Source of the DNA: an uncultured Acidimicrobiia bacterium
GTDB lineage: Bacteria; Actinomycetota; Acidimicrobiia; Acidimicrobiales; JACDCH01
Assembly (NCBI GenBank): GCA_963840695.1
Contig: CAWIZW010000012.1
Span: 154,424 to 218,423, forward strand
DNA length: 64,000 bases
Reading direction: 5' to 3'
This document shows positions 20,646 through 30,575 of the stretch, piece by piece. Position 1 is the stretch's first letter. Each line of letters opens with the position of its first letter. Both the position numbers and the translations under genes were made by a program. The notes beneath the pieces were generated by a model. That model did no database searches and was not told where the DNA came from. It saw only the letters and a program-made list of their open reading frames with translations.

Positions 20646-21777
20646 CTACCGCGGGAGGCCGAGGACGCGGTCGGCCAGGATCGTCTTCTGGATCTCACTG
20701 GTGCCGCCGGCGATCGACGCCGCCCGCGACCACAGCCACTGCCGCTGCCACCGCCCGACGAGGGGTGAGGCGGGGCCGACGACGTCGAGGGCGGCGGCCG
20801 AGAGGTGCTGGGTGGCGTCGGTCCACGCCAACTTGACCAGGCTCGACTCGGGCCCTGGCGCCTCGCCGCCGGCGAGCCGCGTGAGCGTCCTCCAGTTGTG
20901 CAGCCGCAGCAGCCGCACCTCGAGCCACGCCTGGGCCAGGCCATCGGCGACCTCGGTCCGCTCGAGGAGCCCTGCCGCCTCCGCCTCGGCCCACAGGGAA
21001 TCGAGGAAGACCTCGTGGACGACCTGCTCCTTGAACGGGAACGCCGTCCCCCGCTCGTGGGCCAGGGTCGTGCCGGCCACCTGCCACCCGTCGTCGAGGC
21101 CGCCGACGAGGTGGTCGTCGGGCACGAACACGCCGTCGAGGAACACCTCGTTGAACTCCGACTCGCCCGTGATCTGCCGGAGGGGGCGCACCTCGATGCC
21201 GGCGTCCTCCATGTCGACGACGAAGTAGGAGATGCCCGTGCCGGTTCGGGCGAGGCAGATGCCCCAGCGGGCGAACTGGGCGTACGACGTCCACACCTTC
21301 TGGCCGGTGAGCCGCCAGCCTCCGGCGGCGTCCGTCGCGGGTGGCGGCGGTGCGCAGCGACGCCAGATCGGAGCCGGCGTCGGGCTCGCTGAAGAGCTGG
21401 CACCACAGCTCCGACGCGTCGAGGATCGGGCGCAGCCAGCGAGCCTGCTGGTCAGCCGTCCCGTGGGCGAGGAGCGTCGGGCCGGCGAGGTTGATCCCGA
21501 CGCGGTTGACCGGTTGCGGTGCGCCGGCGCGGGCGTACTCGGCGTTGAACAGGGCGACCTGGACGGGACTGGCGCCGCGGCCGCCGTGCTCGACCGGCCA
21601 GTGGATGCCGACCCACCGGGCGCCGGCGAGGCGCGCCTGCCACCGGCGCCCCCAGGCGATCTCGTCGGCTGCCGACGCGAAGGACGCGGGCGACGGGTCG
21701 GCGGCGACGGCGCCAACCAGCCAGTCCCGGGCCTCGGCGGCGAACGCCTCCTCGGCGGGGGTGAACGAGAGGTCCAC
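20646..21777 (-). pseudogene. Acyl-CoA dehydrogenase, frameshifted
   Basis: The N-terminal half (VDLSFTPAEEAF...LFSEPDAGSDLASLRT) and the C-terminal half ([12 protein letters not shown]...IAGGTSEIQKTILADRVLGLPR) are in different frames. GTG 21777 shares 1 nt with the upstream stop. Confidence 0.75.
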
Positions 21778-23480
21778 TACAGGTCCCAGAAGCGCCCGCG
21801 GCCGGCGGCGGTGAGCTCGGCGCGCAGGTCGGCCTCGTCGGCGGCGGAGAAGGGCCGGTACGTCTCGCGGCCCCGGTCCCGGATCCAGAGGGCGTCGGGA
21901 CCGATGAGGTCGCGGCGCCACTTCTGGCGGGCCAGCTCGCGCTTCACGACCTTGTTCGTCCCGGTCGTCGGCAGCTCCGCCGCGACCCGCACATACCGGG
22001 GACGCCACTTCGGCCCGACCTCGTGCTGGGCGTCGAGCCAGCCGGCGAATGCGTCGGGGTCGAAGGCGGCGCCGGGCCGGAGGACGAGCGCCGCCATCAC
22101 CTGGTCGCCGGCGTGCACGTCGGGAACGCCGTAGGCCGCCGCCAGCACGACGTCGGGGTGGCGAGCGAGGGCGTCGTCGATCGGGCCGGCCGGGAAGTTC
22201 TCGCCGTCGACGCGGATCCAGTCGCCCGCTCGCCCCGCGAAGTAGAGCCATCCCTCGGCGGTGACGTAGCCGAGGTCGCCGGACCAGTACCAGCCGCGCC
22301 GCAGGGTCCGGGCCTCGGCCTCGGGGTTGCCGTAGTAGCCCTCGAAGGGCCCGGGGCCGGCCGTGCTCACGATCTCGCCGACGCACTCCTCGGCGTTCAC
22401 GAGCCACCCGGCGTCGTCGAACCGGGCGCGGGGTCGCTCGCTGCCGTCCTCGTCGACGACCTTCACCGTCTCGGTCACCATCCCGACGGCTCCTGCCGGC
22501 ATCGCTGGATCACGCTGCACCGCCACCCCGCCCTCGGTGGCCCCGAAGGCGTCGACCACCTCCACGCCGAAGCGGCGACCGAACGCCTCGACCACCTCGG
22601 GCGACCCTTCGTTGCCGAAGGCGATGCGCAGCGGGTTGTCGGCGTCGTCGGGTTGCACGGGCGTGGCGACGATGTAGGAGAGGGGCTTGCCGGTGTAGTT
22701 GAACCACGTGGCGCCGTAGCGGCGGACGTCGGCGATCCATCCCGAGGCGCTGAACCGGCGAGCGAGGGCGACGGACGCTCCAGCGACGACCGCCGGCAGC
22801 CATCCCACCATGAGGGCGTTCGAGTGGAACAGCGGCATGCACACGTAGCCGACGTCGTCGGGCTGCAGTTCGAGGATCTGGCGCATCCGTTCGCCCGTGG
22901 TCAGCAGGCGCCGCTGGGAGCAGATGACCGCCTTGGGTGCCGACGACGTGCCCGAGGTGAACACCAGCACCCACGTCGTGCCGACGTCCGGCTCGAGCCG
23001 GGGGTCGACGGCCGGGTGGCGGGCGAGCTCGGCGTCGAGGCCGTCGCCGACGACGAGCACCGCAGGAAGGTCGGCGGCGATGGGCTCGAGGAGGTCGAGG
23101 TGCGCGGGCTCGGTCACGACGAGCTGGCAGTCGGTGTGGGTGACGTCACGCAGCAGGTGCTCGTCGCGGCGGGTGTGGTTCAGGCCGACGACGACCGCGC
23201 CGCTGAGCGCGGCTCCGCCGAGGGCGAAGAGGTACCCCGGAACATTGTCGAGGAGCACGGCGACGTGCGGCGGCCGTGCGGGATCGAGCCGGTCGAGGAA
23301 CAACCGGGCCCACCGCGCCGATTCGGCGAGGTACTCGGCGTGGGTCCACCGCTCGTCGCCGGCGCGTACTGCGACACGGCCGGCGATGGCGGGATCGGTG
23401 GCGTTGCGGCGCAGCAGGGCGGCGGCGTTGGCGGCGGGGAGGTCGGCCTGGCCAGGCGCGGGCGCAGTTCGGCTGGCCAT
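21777..23480 (-). CDS. Long-chain acyl-CoA synthetase (AMP-binding, FadD type)
   Basis: The ORF is an intact 567 aa. Motifs are FTSGTSSAPKAV, WYWSGDLGY and TGTNKVVKREL. Confidence 0.85.
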   Translation of the reverse strand: MASRTAPAPGQADLPAANAAALLRRNATDPAIAGRVAVRAGDERWTHAEYLAESARWARLFLDRLDPARPPHVAVLLDNVPGYLFALGGAALSGAVVVGLNHTRRDEHLLRDVTHTDCQLVVTEPAHLDLLEPIAADLPAVLVVGDGLDAELARHPAVDPRLEPDVGTTWVLVFTSGTSSAPKAVICSQRRLLTTGERMRQILELQPDDVGYVCMPLFHSNALMVGWLPAVVAGASVALARRFSASGWIADVRRYGATWFNYTGKPLSYIVATPVQPDDADNPLRIAFGNEGSPEVVEAFGRRFGVEVVDAFGATEGGVAVQRDPAMPAGAVGMVTETVKVVDEDGSERPRARFDDAGWLVNAEECVGEIVSTAGPGPFEGYYGNPEAEARTLRRGWYWSGDLGYVTAEGWLYFAGRAGDWIRVDGENFPAGPIDDALARHPDVVLAAAYGVPDVHAGDQVMAALVLRPGAAFDPDAFAGWLDAQHEVGPKWRPRYVRVAAELPTTGTNKVVKRELARQKWRRDLIGPDALWIRDRGRETYRPFSAADEADLRAELTAAGRGRFWDL

Positions 23481-23498
23481 CTCGCCGGCGAGCCTAAC

Positions 23499-23514
23499 CT
23501 GACATCTGCGTCAG
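23499..23514. promoter_or_regulatory. Palindromic operator-like site 7 (CTGACAtctgCGTCAG)
   Basis: The left flank is TAAC. It lies in the divergent gap between the acyl-CoA synthetase (ATG 23480, -10 candidate TAGGCT on the minus strand) and TetR-2 (TACGCT 23533-23538, then 8 nt, then ATG 23547). Confidence 0.65.
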
Positions 23515-23546
23515 CTCGGGCGGGTGCCCGCCTACGCTCTCGGGCA

Positions 23547-24181
23547 ATGCGTGCATCTCCTGCAGCCGCCCGATCCGGCGCGCCGGCCGAGGGGCGGGCG
23601 CTGCGGGCCCGCGGGCAGCGGACCGTCCGCAAGCTCCTCGATGCCGGTGTCACCGTGCTCGCCGCCCGCGGCTACCACGCTGCGCGCGCGTCGACGACAT
23701 CGTCAAGGCGGCGAAGACGTCGCACGGCACCTTCTACCTGTACTTCGCCAACAAGGAGGACCTCGTGCGGGCCCTCGTGCTCGACGTCGGCGAGGCCATG
23801 GCCACCCACGCCGGAACGCTCGGCGCCCTCACCCCCGACGACGCCGGCCGCGCCGCGCTCCACGAGTGGATCCGCGCCTTCGGAGATCTCTACGCCCGGT
23901 ACAGCCCGGTGATCCGCAGCTGGGTCGAAGCCGAGATCGACACCCACGAGTTCGGCCAACTCGGCGCCGACGTCCTCGGGGGGTTCGCCGCCGTCCTCAC
24001 CGACCGCATCGCCGCATCCGATGCCGACGTCGTCGACCCGGCCAACGCCGCCGTCGTCCTCGTCGCCATGATCGAGCGCGGCAACTACTACGCCACCGTC
24101 GGACAGATCCGGGCAGAACCGGACGAACTGGCCGCGTCGCTCGCCCGTTCCGCCCACGCGGCCCTGTTCGGCTCCCGCTGA
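23547..24181 (+). pseudogene. TetR/AcrR family transcriptional regulator (TetR-2), frame broken inside the HTH region
   Basis: RTVRKLLDAGVTVLAARGYHAAR then VDDIVKAAKTSHGTFYLYFANKEDL continues in another frame. The shift maps to the GCGCGCGCG run at 23682-23690, consistent with one extra GC unit. Confidence 0.7.
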
Positions 24182-24200
24182 GGGCCGTACGGTCCGTGCC

Positions 24201-24722
24201 ATGGGGGGACACCGAAGGTTGCTGTTCGTCGTCGTCGTGCTCGTGATGGGCGCCTGCGGAGGTGACGACGGCTCGCCCACCGCCGCCGAGACGACCGCCG
24301 TGCCGACGACCGCCGTGGAGACGACCGTCGCCGCCGACCCGACGGCCGAGATCACCGCGGTGTACGAAGCGTTCTTCGACGGCACCAACACCGACATGGC
24401 GTCGAAGCTCGCCCTGCTCGAGTCGCCGGACGAGCTCGAGGACATCTTCAACCGCGCGTTCGGCGACCCAGCCTTCGCCAACCTGGTCTCCCAGGTGCAG
24501 GGCGAGGTGGTCACGGTGACGCCGACATCGGACACGACCGCCGACGTCGACTACCGGCTGCTGCTCGAGGGGGCGCCGGCCACCGAGGGCACGCTGTTCG
24601 GGCGCGCCGTCCTCGTCGACGGCGAGTGGCGCATCGCCGACGCGACGTTCTGCAACGTCGCCGGTCTCGGCAACCCGGCCTACGCCCAGGACCCCGTCTG
24701 CCTCGAAGCGACCGGGGGCTGA
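24201..24722 (+). CDS. Secreted lipoprotein of unknown function
   Basis: The gene is intact. It has a signal peptide plus lipobox (VVLVMGACGGDD), a Thr/Ala-rich linker and a small globular C-terminal domain. Confidence 0.5.
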   Translation: MGGHRRLLFVVVVLVMGACGGDDGSPTAAETTAVPTTAVETTVAADPTAEITAVYEAFFDGTNTDMASKLALLESPDELEDIFNRAFGDPAFANLVSQVQGEVVTVTPTSDTTADVDYRLLLEGAPATEGTLFGRAVLVDGEWRIADATFCNVAGLGNPAYAQDPVCLEATGG

Positions 24723-24736
24723 GCAGACTGCGGCGC

Positions 24737-25930
24737 ATGGGGATCGAGATCCGCACGCCGACCCACGACGAGTGGCCGGCCATCTGTCGCGCCGACGACC
24801 GGATCTCGGGCGGGTGGGAGACGGAGGAGCGGATCGAGGAACGGCGAGCCGTCCACGACCTCTCGCGCTTCCGCATCGCCGTCGACGGCGACCGGATCGT
24901 CGGCATCGCCAATTCCTACGGCATGGAGGTCACGCTTCCCGGCGGCGCCATCGTCCCGATGGGCGGCGTGTCGTGGGTGTCGACGGCGACGACGCATCGC
25001 CGGCAGGGCGTCATGCGTTCCGTGCTCGAAGCCGTCCACGACGACATCGACGGTCGGGGCGAGCCGATCGCGTCCCTCTACGCGTCAGAGGGGAGCATCT
25101 ACGAGCACCTCGCTTACGGCATCGCCACCCGGAGGAGGCTCACGACCATCGACCCGCGCCGGGCGCGCTTCCGTGGCGCGTACCGCTGCGATCCGGGCGC
25201 GGTGCGCTACCTCGAGGGGGACGACGTCGTCCCGGCCGTCTCCCGGATCTGGGACCGGTACCGGCGCGCTCAGCCGGGCGAGGCGGGGCGTTCGTCCGAG
25301 TTGCAGCGCTACTTCGCGATGGTGCGCGGGCGGGAGCAGGGGGGGCGGACCCCGGTCTTCTACCTCGCCCACGCCGACGGGTACGCCGCCTACCGCCTGG
25401 AGGACACCGGTGCCGAGGGTCACCCGGCCCTGACGCTGCACCTCGTGGAACTGGCGGCAGTCACCCCCGCGGCCCACGCCGCCCTGTGGCAGACGCTCCT
25501 CGCCACCGACTTCGTGACCGAGATCCGCTCGCCCAGCGTCCCGGCCGACGACCCCCTGCCCTTCCTCCTCGAGGACCAGCGCGCCGTCGCGACGGCGGAG
25601 GACACCGACGGCGTCTGGGTGAACGTCCGCGACATCTCCGCCGCCTTCGGGTCCCGCACCTACCGGACCGACGATCGGATCGTGGTCGAGGTCGACGGGC
25701 GACGGTGGGCCGTCGACGGCGGCCCGTCCGGCGGGTCGTGCCGGCCGGTGCGGACCAAACCGGACCTGGTGACGACGCACGCCTGGTTCAGCTCGTTGCT
25801 GTACGGCGGCATGCTGCCGTCGTCGCTCGTGGCCGGCCGCCGCATGACCGCGCGCGGCGACGAGGTCCTCACCCGAGCCGACCTGTTCTTCGCGACGAAC
25901 CGCCCCCCGTTCTGCCAGGAGTTCTATTGA
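24737..25930 (+). CDS. Eis-like GNAT acetyltransferase (GNAT plus SCP2-like C-terminal domain)
   Basis: The gene is intact from ATG 24737. The GNAT core is VSWVSTATTHRRQGVMRSVL, and the long C-terminal extension ends in FCQEFY, as in Eis-family proteins. Confidence 0.7.
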   Translation: MGIEIRTPTHDEWPAICRADDRISGGWETEERIEERRAVHDLSRFRIAVDGDRIVGIANSYGMEVTLPGGAIVPMGGVSWVSTATTHRRQGVMRSVLEAVHDDIDGRGEPIASLYASEGSIYEHLAYGIATRRRLTTIDPRRARFRGAYRCDPGAVRYLEGDDVVPAVSRIWDRYRRAQPGEAGRSSELQRYFAMVRGREQGGRTPVFYLAHADGYAAYRLEDTGAEGHPALTLHLVELAAVTPAAHAALWQTLLATDFVTEIRSPSVPADDPLPFLLEDQRAVATAEDTDGVWVNVRDISAAFGSRTYRTDDRIVVEVDGRRWAVDGGPSGGSCRPVRTKPDLVTTHAWFSSLLYGGMLPSSLVAGRRMTARGDEVLTRADLFFATNRPPFCQEFY

Positions 25931-27429
25931 GTCACGAGGCGCTCGCGTAGGAGGCGCTTGAGGACCTTGCCGTTCGGGTCGCGCGGCAGTTCGTCGACGA
26001 GCTCCCACCGCGTCGGCACCTTGAAGTCGGCCAGCCGCGACCGGACGTGCTCGGCGAGATCGTCGGCGGCCGCCGGCGCCCGCGTCTCCACGACGGCGAC
26101 GAGGACCTCGCCGTGGCGCTCGTCGGGGACGCCGAGGACGGCGCAGTCGACGACGGCGGGGTGGGTGAACAGGACCTCCTCGATCTCGCGCGGATAGACG
26201 TTGACGCCGTCGAGGAGCACGAGATCACTGACCCGGTCGGTGATGTAGAGGTAGCCGTCGGCGTCGACGTGACCGACGTCGCCGACGGTGAAAGCGCCAT
26301 CGCGCCAGGCGGCGTCGGTCTTGGCGTCGTCGCGGTGGTAGTGGAACGTCGCGCCGCCCGCCGGTCGGACGTAGACGACACCGTCGGTGCCCACCGGCCG
26401 CGGCCGGCCCGACCCGTCGAGGATGCGGACCTCGACACCCGGCCACGGCGGTCCGACCGTGCCGGGCCGGGCCCGCCACTCGTCGGGGCCGACCCGGGTC
26501 GCGCCGCCCTCGCTGGCCCCGTACAGCTCCCACACCTCGGTGCCGATCGGCCCGAGCCACTCGAGCATCCGCTGCTTGATCGGCACGGGGCACGGCGCTC
26601 CGGCGTGGATCACCAACCGCAGGCTGCCGAGGTCGAAGCTCGCTCGATCGTCGGCGGGGAGCTCGAGCAGGCGGACGAAGTGCGCCGGGGTCAGGAAGGT
26701 CGTCGTGACGCGGTGCTCCTCGATGGCGGCGAGCGCGCGCCGCGGCTCCCAGGCCGGGAGCACCACGACCGCACCGCCGACGAACAGGGTCGCGAAGGCG
26801 TAGCCCGCCGGTCCGGCGTGGTACGCCGGACCGGCGAGGAGGTGCACGTCGTCAGCGGTGAGCCCCCACAGCATCGAGAGGCCGGCCTGGGCCTGGAGGA
26901 GGCGGCCGTCGTCGAGGCCGGCGTGCACGACGCCCTTCGGCCTCCCGGTCGTCCCCGACGTGTAGAAGAGGTAGGCGGGGGTGCTGAACCCGGTCCGGGC
27001 GGTTGGCTCGTGCCCGGCGATGGCGGCGTCGTACTCGGCACCGACCCAGAGCACCCTGGTGTCCGGCAGGTCGGCGACGGCGGCCTCGACGTGCTCGCGG
27101 AGGTCGGGGTGGGCCACGAGAACACGAGCCCCGGAGTCGCCGAGGATCCAGGCCAGCTCTTCGCCCTTGAGGTGCCAGTTGACGGGCAGGAGGCGGGCCT
27201 CGGCCCGGCACGCGGCCGCAGCCACCTCGATGAACGCGATCGAGTTGGGCACCATCACGGCGACCGCCCGCTCGCCCCCGGGCCGCGGCTCGAGCCCCAT
27301 CTCGTCGAACGCGGCCGCCAACCGGTCGGCGCGGTCGACCAGCTCGCGGTAGGTCGACGAGGCCCCGGAGCCGGCGTCGACGACCGCGGTGCGGTGACCG
27401 TCCTGGCGGAACATCCCCTGGGCGCCCAC
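25924..27429 (-). CDS. AMP-dependent synthetase/ligase (acyl-CoA synthetase)
   Basis: The ORF is an intact 501 aa. Motifs are YTSGTTGRPKGV, YGASEGG and PNGKVLKRLL. An alternative start is ATG 27414. Confidence 0.85.
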   Translation of the reverse strand: MGAQGMFRQDGHRTAVVDAGSGASSTYRELVDRADRLAAAFDEMGLEPRPGGERAVAVMVPNSIAFIEVAAAACRAEARLLPVNWHLKGEELAWILGDSGARVLVAHPDLREHVEAAVADLPDTRVLWVGAEYDAAIAGHEPTARTGFSTPAYLFYTSGTTGRPKGVVHAGLDDGRLLQAQAGLSMLWGLTADDVHLLAGPAYHAGPAGYAFATLFVGGAVVVLPAWEPRRALAAIEEHRVTTTFLTPAHFVRLLELPADDRASFDLGSLRLVIHAGAPCPVPIKQRMLEWLGPIGTEVWELYGASEGGATRVGPDEWRARPGTVGPPWPGVEVRILDGSGRPRPVGTDGVVYVRPAGGATFHYHRDDAKTDAAWRDGAFTVGDVGHVDADGYLYITDRVSDLVLLDGVNVYPREIEEVLFTHPAVVDCAVLGVPDERHGEVLVAVVETRAPAAADDLAEHVRSRLADFKVPTRWELVDELPRDPNGKVLKRLLRERLVTQ

Positions 27430-27438
27430 CGGAGAATC

Positions 27439-27454
27439 CTGACACGCGTGTCAG
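27439..27454. promoter_or_regulatory. Palindromic operator-like site 8 (CTGACAcgcgTGTCAG)
   Basis: It lies in the divergent gap. It is followed by TACGCT (27456-27461), then 8 nt, then GTG 27470 of the alcohol dehydrogenase. Confidence 0.65.
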
Positions 27455-27469
27455 CTACGCTGCGCGCTC

Positions 27470-28502
27470 GTGGGGGGGACGATGCCGGCGGCAGTGCTGC
27501 GCGGCCCCGGCGTGCTCGAGGTCGAGGACGTGCCGGTACCGGAGCTCGGTCCGAACGACGTGCTCGTCGAGGTCGACCGCTGCGGCGTCTGCGGCAGCGA
27601 CCTCCACCTCGTGCTCGAGGGCTGGGGCCAGGTCGGGTCGATCCCGGGTCACGAGTGGACCGGCGTGGTCGCCGACGTTGGCACCGATGTCACGCGCTGG
27701 CGCGCCGGCGATGCCGTCGTAGGCGGTCCCACCGTCCGCTGCGGCCACTGCCGGCACTGCCGGGCCGGCCGCCCGTCGCTCTGCGCGGGGCGCGACACGC
27801 CCGGCGTGCACGTGTGGAAAGGCGCCTTCGCCCGGTACACCTCGGCGCCCGAGGGCGAGCTGCTCGCCCTGCCCGACGGGTTGGCCTCCCGGACGGCGGC
27901 GTTGACCGAGCCGCTGGCGGTGGCGTTGCACGGGATCACGCGGTCGGGCGCCAGGCCCGGCGACCGCGTGCTCGTGTCGGGCGCCGGTCCGATCGGTGCC
28001 CTGACGATCGCGGCGCTCCGCGCCCTCGGCGTCGACGACGTCGTCTGCGTCGAGCCCGGCGAGCAGCGGCGCCTGCTCGCCGAGGAGGCCGGGGCGACCC
28101 AGGTCAGGACGCCGGACGAGCTCGACCAGCCCACGATCGCCGAGCCCGGGCGCGTCGTCGACGACCCGTTCGACGTCGCCCTCGAGTGCTCGGGCAACAA
28201 CCGGGCCATGGAGGCGGCGCTGGGCCAGCTCGAACGGGGCGGGATGCTCGTCCTCGTCGGCAACGGAATGCACCGGCCCAAGTTCGACAACAACCGGATC
28301 GTCCTCAACGAGGTCATGATCACCGGTGCCTTCACCTACGACCCCGACGGCTTCAGCCGCGCGCTCGGCGCTGCTCGCCTCGGGGCGGCTGCCGATCGAC
28401 GCGCTGCTCGAACCCGACGACGTCCCGCTCGCGGGCGCACTCGAGGCCATGCGGGGGCTGGCCGAGGGCCGCCTCGCCGGCAAGGTCCTCGTGAAACCGT
28501 GA
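27470..28502 (+). pseudogene. Zinc-dependent alcohol dehydrogenase (MDR family), one frameshift near 28370
   Basis: Motifs are CGVCGSDLH, GHEWTG, the structural-zinc segment CGHCRHCRAGRPSLC and SGAGPIGAL. The tail LLASGRLPIDALLEP...GKVLVKP is in another frame. Confidence 0.8.
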
Positions 28503-28954
28503 GCAAGCTCGGCCCGCGCTTCTCGAAGCCGCCGCGGCTGAACCACGTGGCGATGTCGTTGCCGGCCGACGCCCTCGACGAGTCGGGCCGGCAGGCCGTG
28601 TGCGCCTTCTACGGCGACGTGTTCGGGCTCGAGGAGTACGAGGGCCTCACCGAGGACCGTCGCCGGCTCGTGCTGCGGGCGCACACCCACGAGCAGTTCG
28701 TGTTCCTGATCGCCGACGAGGCGCACATGACCGCGCCGCGCATGGACCACTTCGGGCTGTCGGTGGCGACGAAGGAGGAGTTCGACGAGGTCGCCCGGCG
28801 GGCGGCAGCGTGGAAGGCGAAGGAGCCCGACGACGTCGACCTGGTCGAACCAACGGTCGAGGAGTACCCCGGTGCCCTCCGGCTCCACAGCTTCTACGTG
28901 CGCTACCGCCTCCCACTGATGGTGGAGACCCAGCACTTCGAGTGGCTCGCCTGA
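28499..28954 (+). CDS. VOC (glyoxalase/bleomycin-resistance/dioxygenase) family protein
   Basis: The frame is intact. GTG 28499 overlaps the ADH stop as GTGA. Segments include PRLNHVAMSLP and MDHFGLSV. Confidence 0.55.
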   Translation: MSKLGPRFSKPPRLNHVAMSLPADALDESGRQAVCAFYGDVFGLEEYEGLTEDRRRLVLRAHTHEQFVFLIADEAHMTAPRMDHFGLSVATKEEFDEVARRAAAWKAKEPDDVDLVEPTVEEYPGALRLHSFYVRYRLPLMVETQHFEWLA

Positions 28955-28978
28955 GGCGAGTCGGCCGGCTCGCGGCCC

Positions 28979-30575
28979 TCAGATCTGCTCGGCGACGGGC
29001 ACGCCGGGGGTCACCTGCCACGTCGATGCCGTCTGGATCGGGCTGTCGGCCTGCTGCACGTCGTCGAGCACCCGGAAGCGGGCCACGAGGCGCTCGGGCT
29101 CGACCTCGACGGTGAGGTAGCCGTGCTGGTTGAGCTGCTGGCGCAGTTGCGGCGTGCGGGCGCTCACGTCGGCCGGGAACAGCGGTGAGGAGATGGCGGG
29201 GGCCATGAACTCCGGCGCGACGACCGTGCTGGTCTGGTCGAACGGCTCGAGGTGCACGTCGAGGACCATGCCGGCGTGGTAGTCGCCCGTGAGCACGACC
29301 GGGTTGTCGGCCGTCGCCAGCTGGGCGATGAGCCGGCGGCGGGCGTCGGGGAAGCCGTCCCAGGTGTCGAGGTAGTAGCGCGGGCGCGTCGGTCCCGGCA
29401 TCGACCCCGGCGAGGACGACCGGGTTGCCGATCAGGTTCCAGGTCGATGCCGCCGGCGGCGAGCGACTCGGCCAGCCAGTCCTCCTGCGCCGGCGCCGAG
29501 GCGGGTGCGGTCCTCGCCCAGGCGGGCCGGGCAGTCGCCGTAGTCGGCGGCGGCGCCGGCGTCGCGGCACGGGGGGACGTCGCTGTCCTGGCGCTCGTCG
29601 AGCACGTGGATGCGGGCGAGGTCGCCGACGGTGAGGGCCTGGGTCACCACGAGGTCGGAGCCGTCGGGCGGCCCGACGCGGACGGGGAGGTGCTCCCACC
29701 AGGCTCGGTACGCCGCGGCCTTGCGGTCGCGCCCGGCCTCGACGGACGGGTCGCCGACGAGCACGTCGCCCATGTAGTTGTTGGCGACCTCGTGGTCGTC
29801 CCAGGTGACGCTGAACGGGAACCGGGCGTGCGCCGCCTGCAGGTCGGGGTCGAGCTTGTACGACGGCGTAGCGGAGCCGGTAGTCGGTGAGCGTCACGAG
29901 GGCGTTGGCCGGCTGCGGCGCACGGGGCCCGGCGATCGCCGCGTACTCGTAGATGTAGTCGCCGAGGTGGAGGACGAGATCGACCGGTTCTTCGACGAGG
30001 TGGCGGTAGGCGGCGTAGGTGCCGGTCTCGAGGTACTGGCAGTTGACGACGGCGAGACCGAACCGCGCCGGCGAGCCTTCGGGCAGGGTGCGGGTGCGCC
30101 CGACGGGGCTGGTGAACTCGCCGACGGTGAACCGGTAGTAGAGGTCGGTCGCCGGCTCGAGGCCGTCGACGTCGACATGGATCGCGTGGCCGTCCTCGGG
30201 CATCGCCGTCACCGCCCCCTGGCGGACGATGCCGGTGAAGCGGTCGTCCGTCGCCACGTCCCAGAGCACGTCGACGGGGTCGGCGGGCATGCCGCCGAGC
30301 CCGTCGGCGGCGAGGGGGTCGGGGGCGAGGCGGGTCCAGAGCACGACGCCGCCGGCGAGCGGGTCGCCGGAGGCGAGGCCGAGCGTGAAGGGATCGCCGC
30401 TCAGGCGCGCGGTGTGGACGGTGGTCGGAGGGCCGGTCGTCGTCGAGGACGGCTCGCCGGAGGTCGGCGGCGCGGCGCTGTCGCCGTCGTCACCGCTGCA
30501 TCCGGTGGCGAGCCCGGCGACGGTGGCCGCCGCGCCGACGAGGAACAGGCGGCGGGACGGATCGGTCGGCGTCAC
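28979..30575 (-). pseudogene. phoD: Alkaline phosphatase D (PhoD-like), Tat-signal lipoprotein, frameshifted
   Basis: It has a Tat motif and lipobox (SRRLFLVGAAATVAGLATGCSG). Body segments are FTLGLASGDPL, VTWDDHEVANN and YYLDTWDGFPDARRRL, in several frames. Confidence 0.75.

Noticed and set aside
28955-28980. Weak hairpins at convergent gene ends: GCGAG...CTCGC at 28956-28973 and GGTCGCG...CGCGACC at 53980-53999.
   Set aside because: The stems are only 5-7 bp in a GC-rich background, so they are not distinguishable from chance. They are not reported as terminators.
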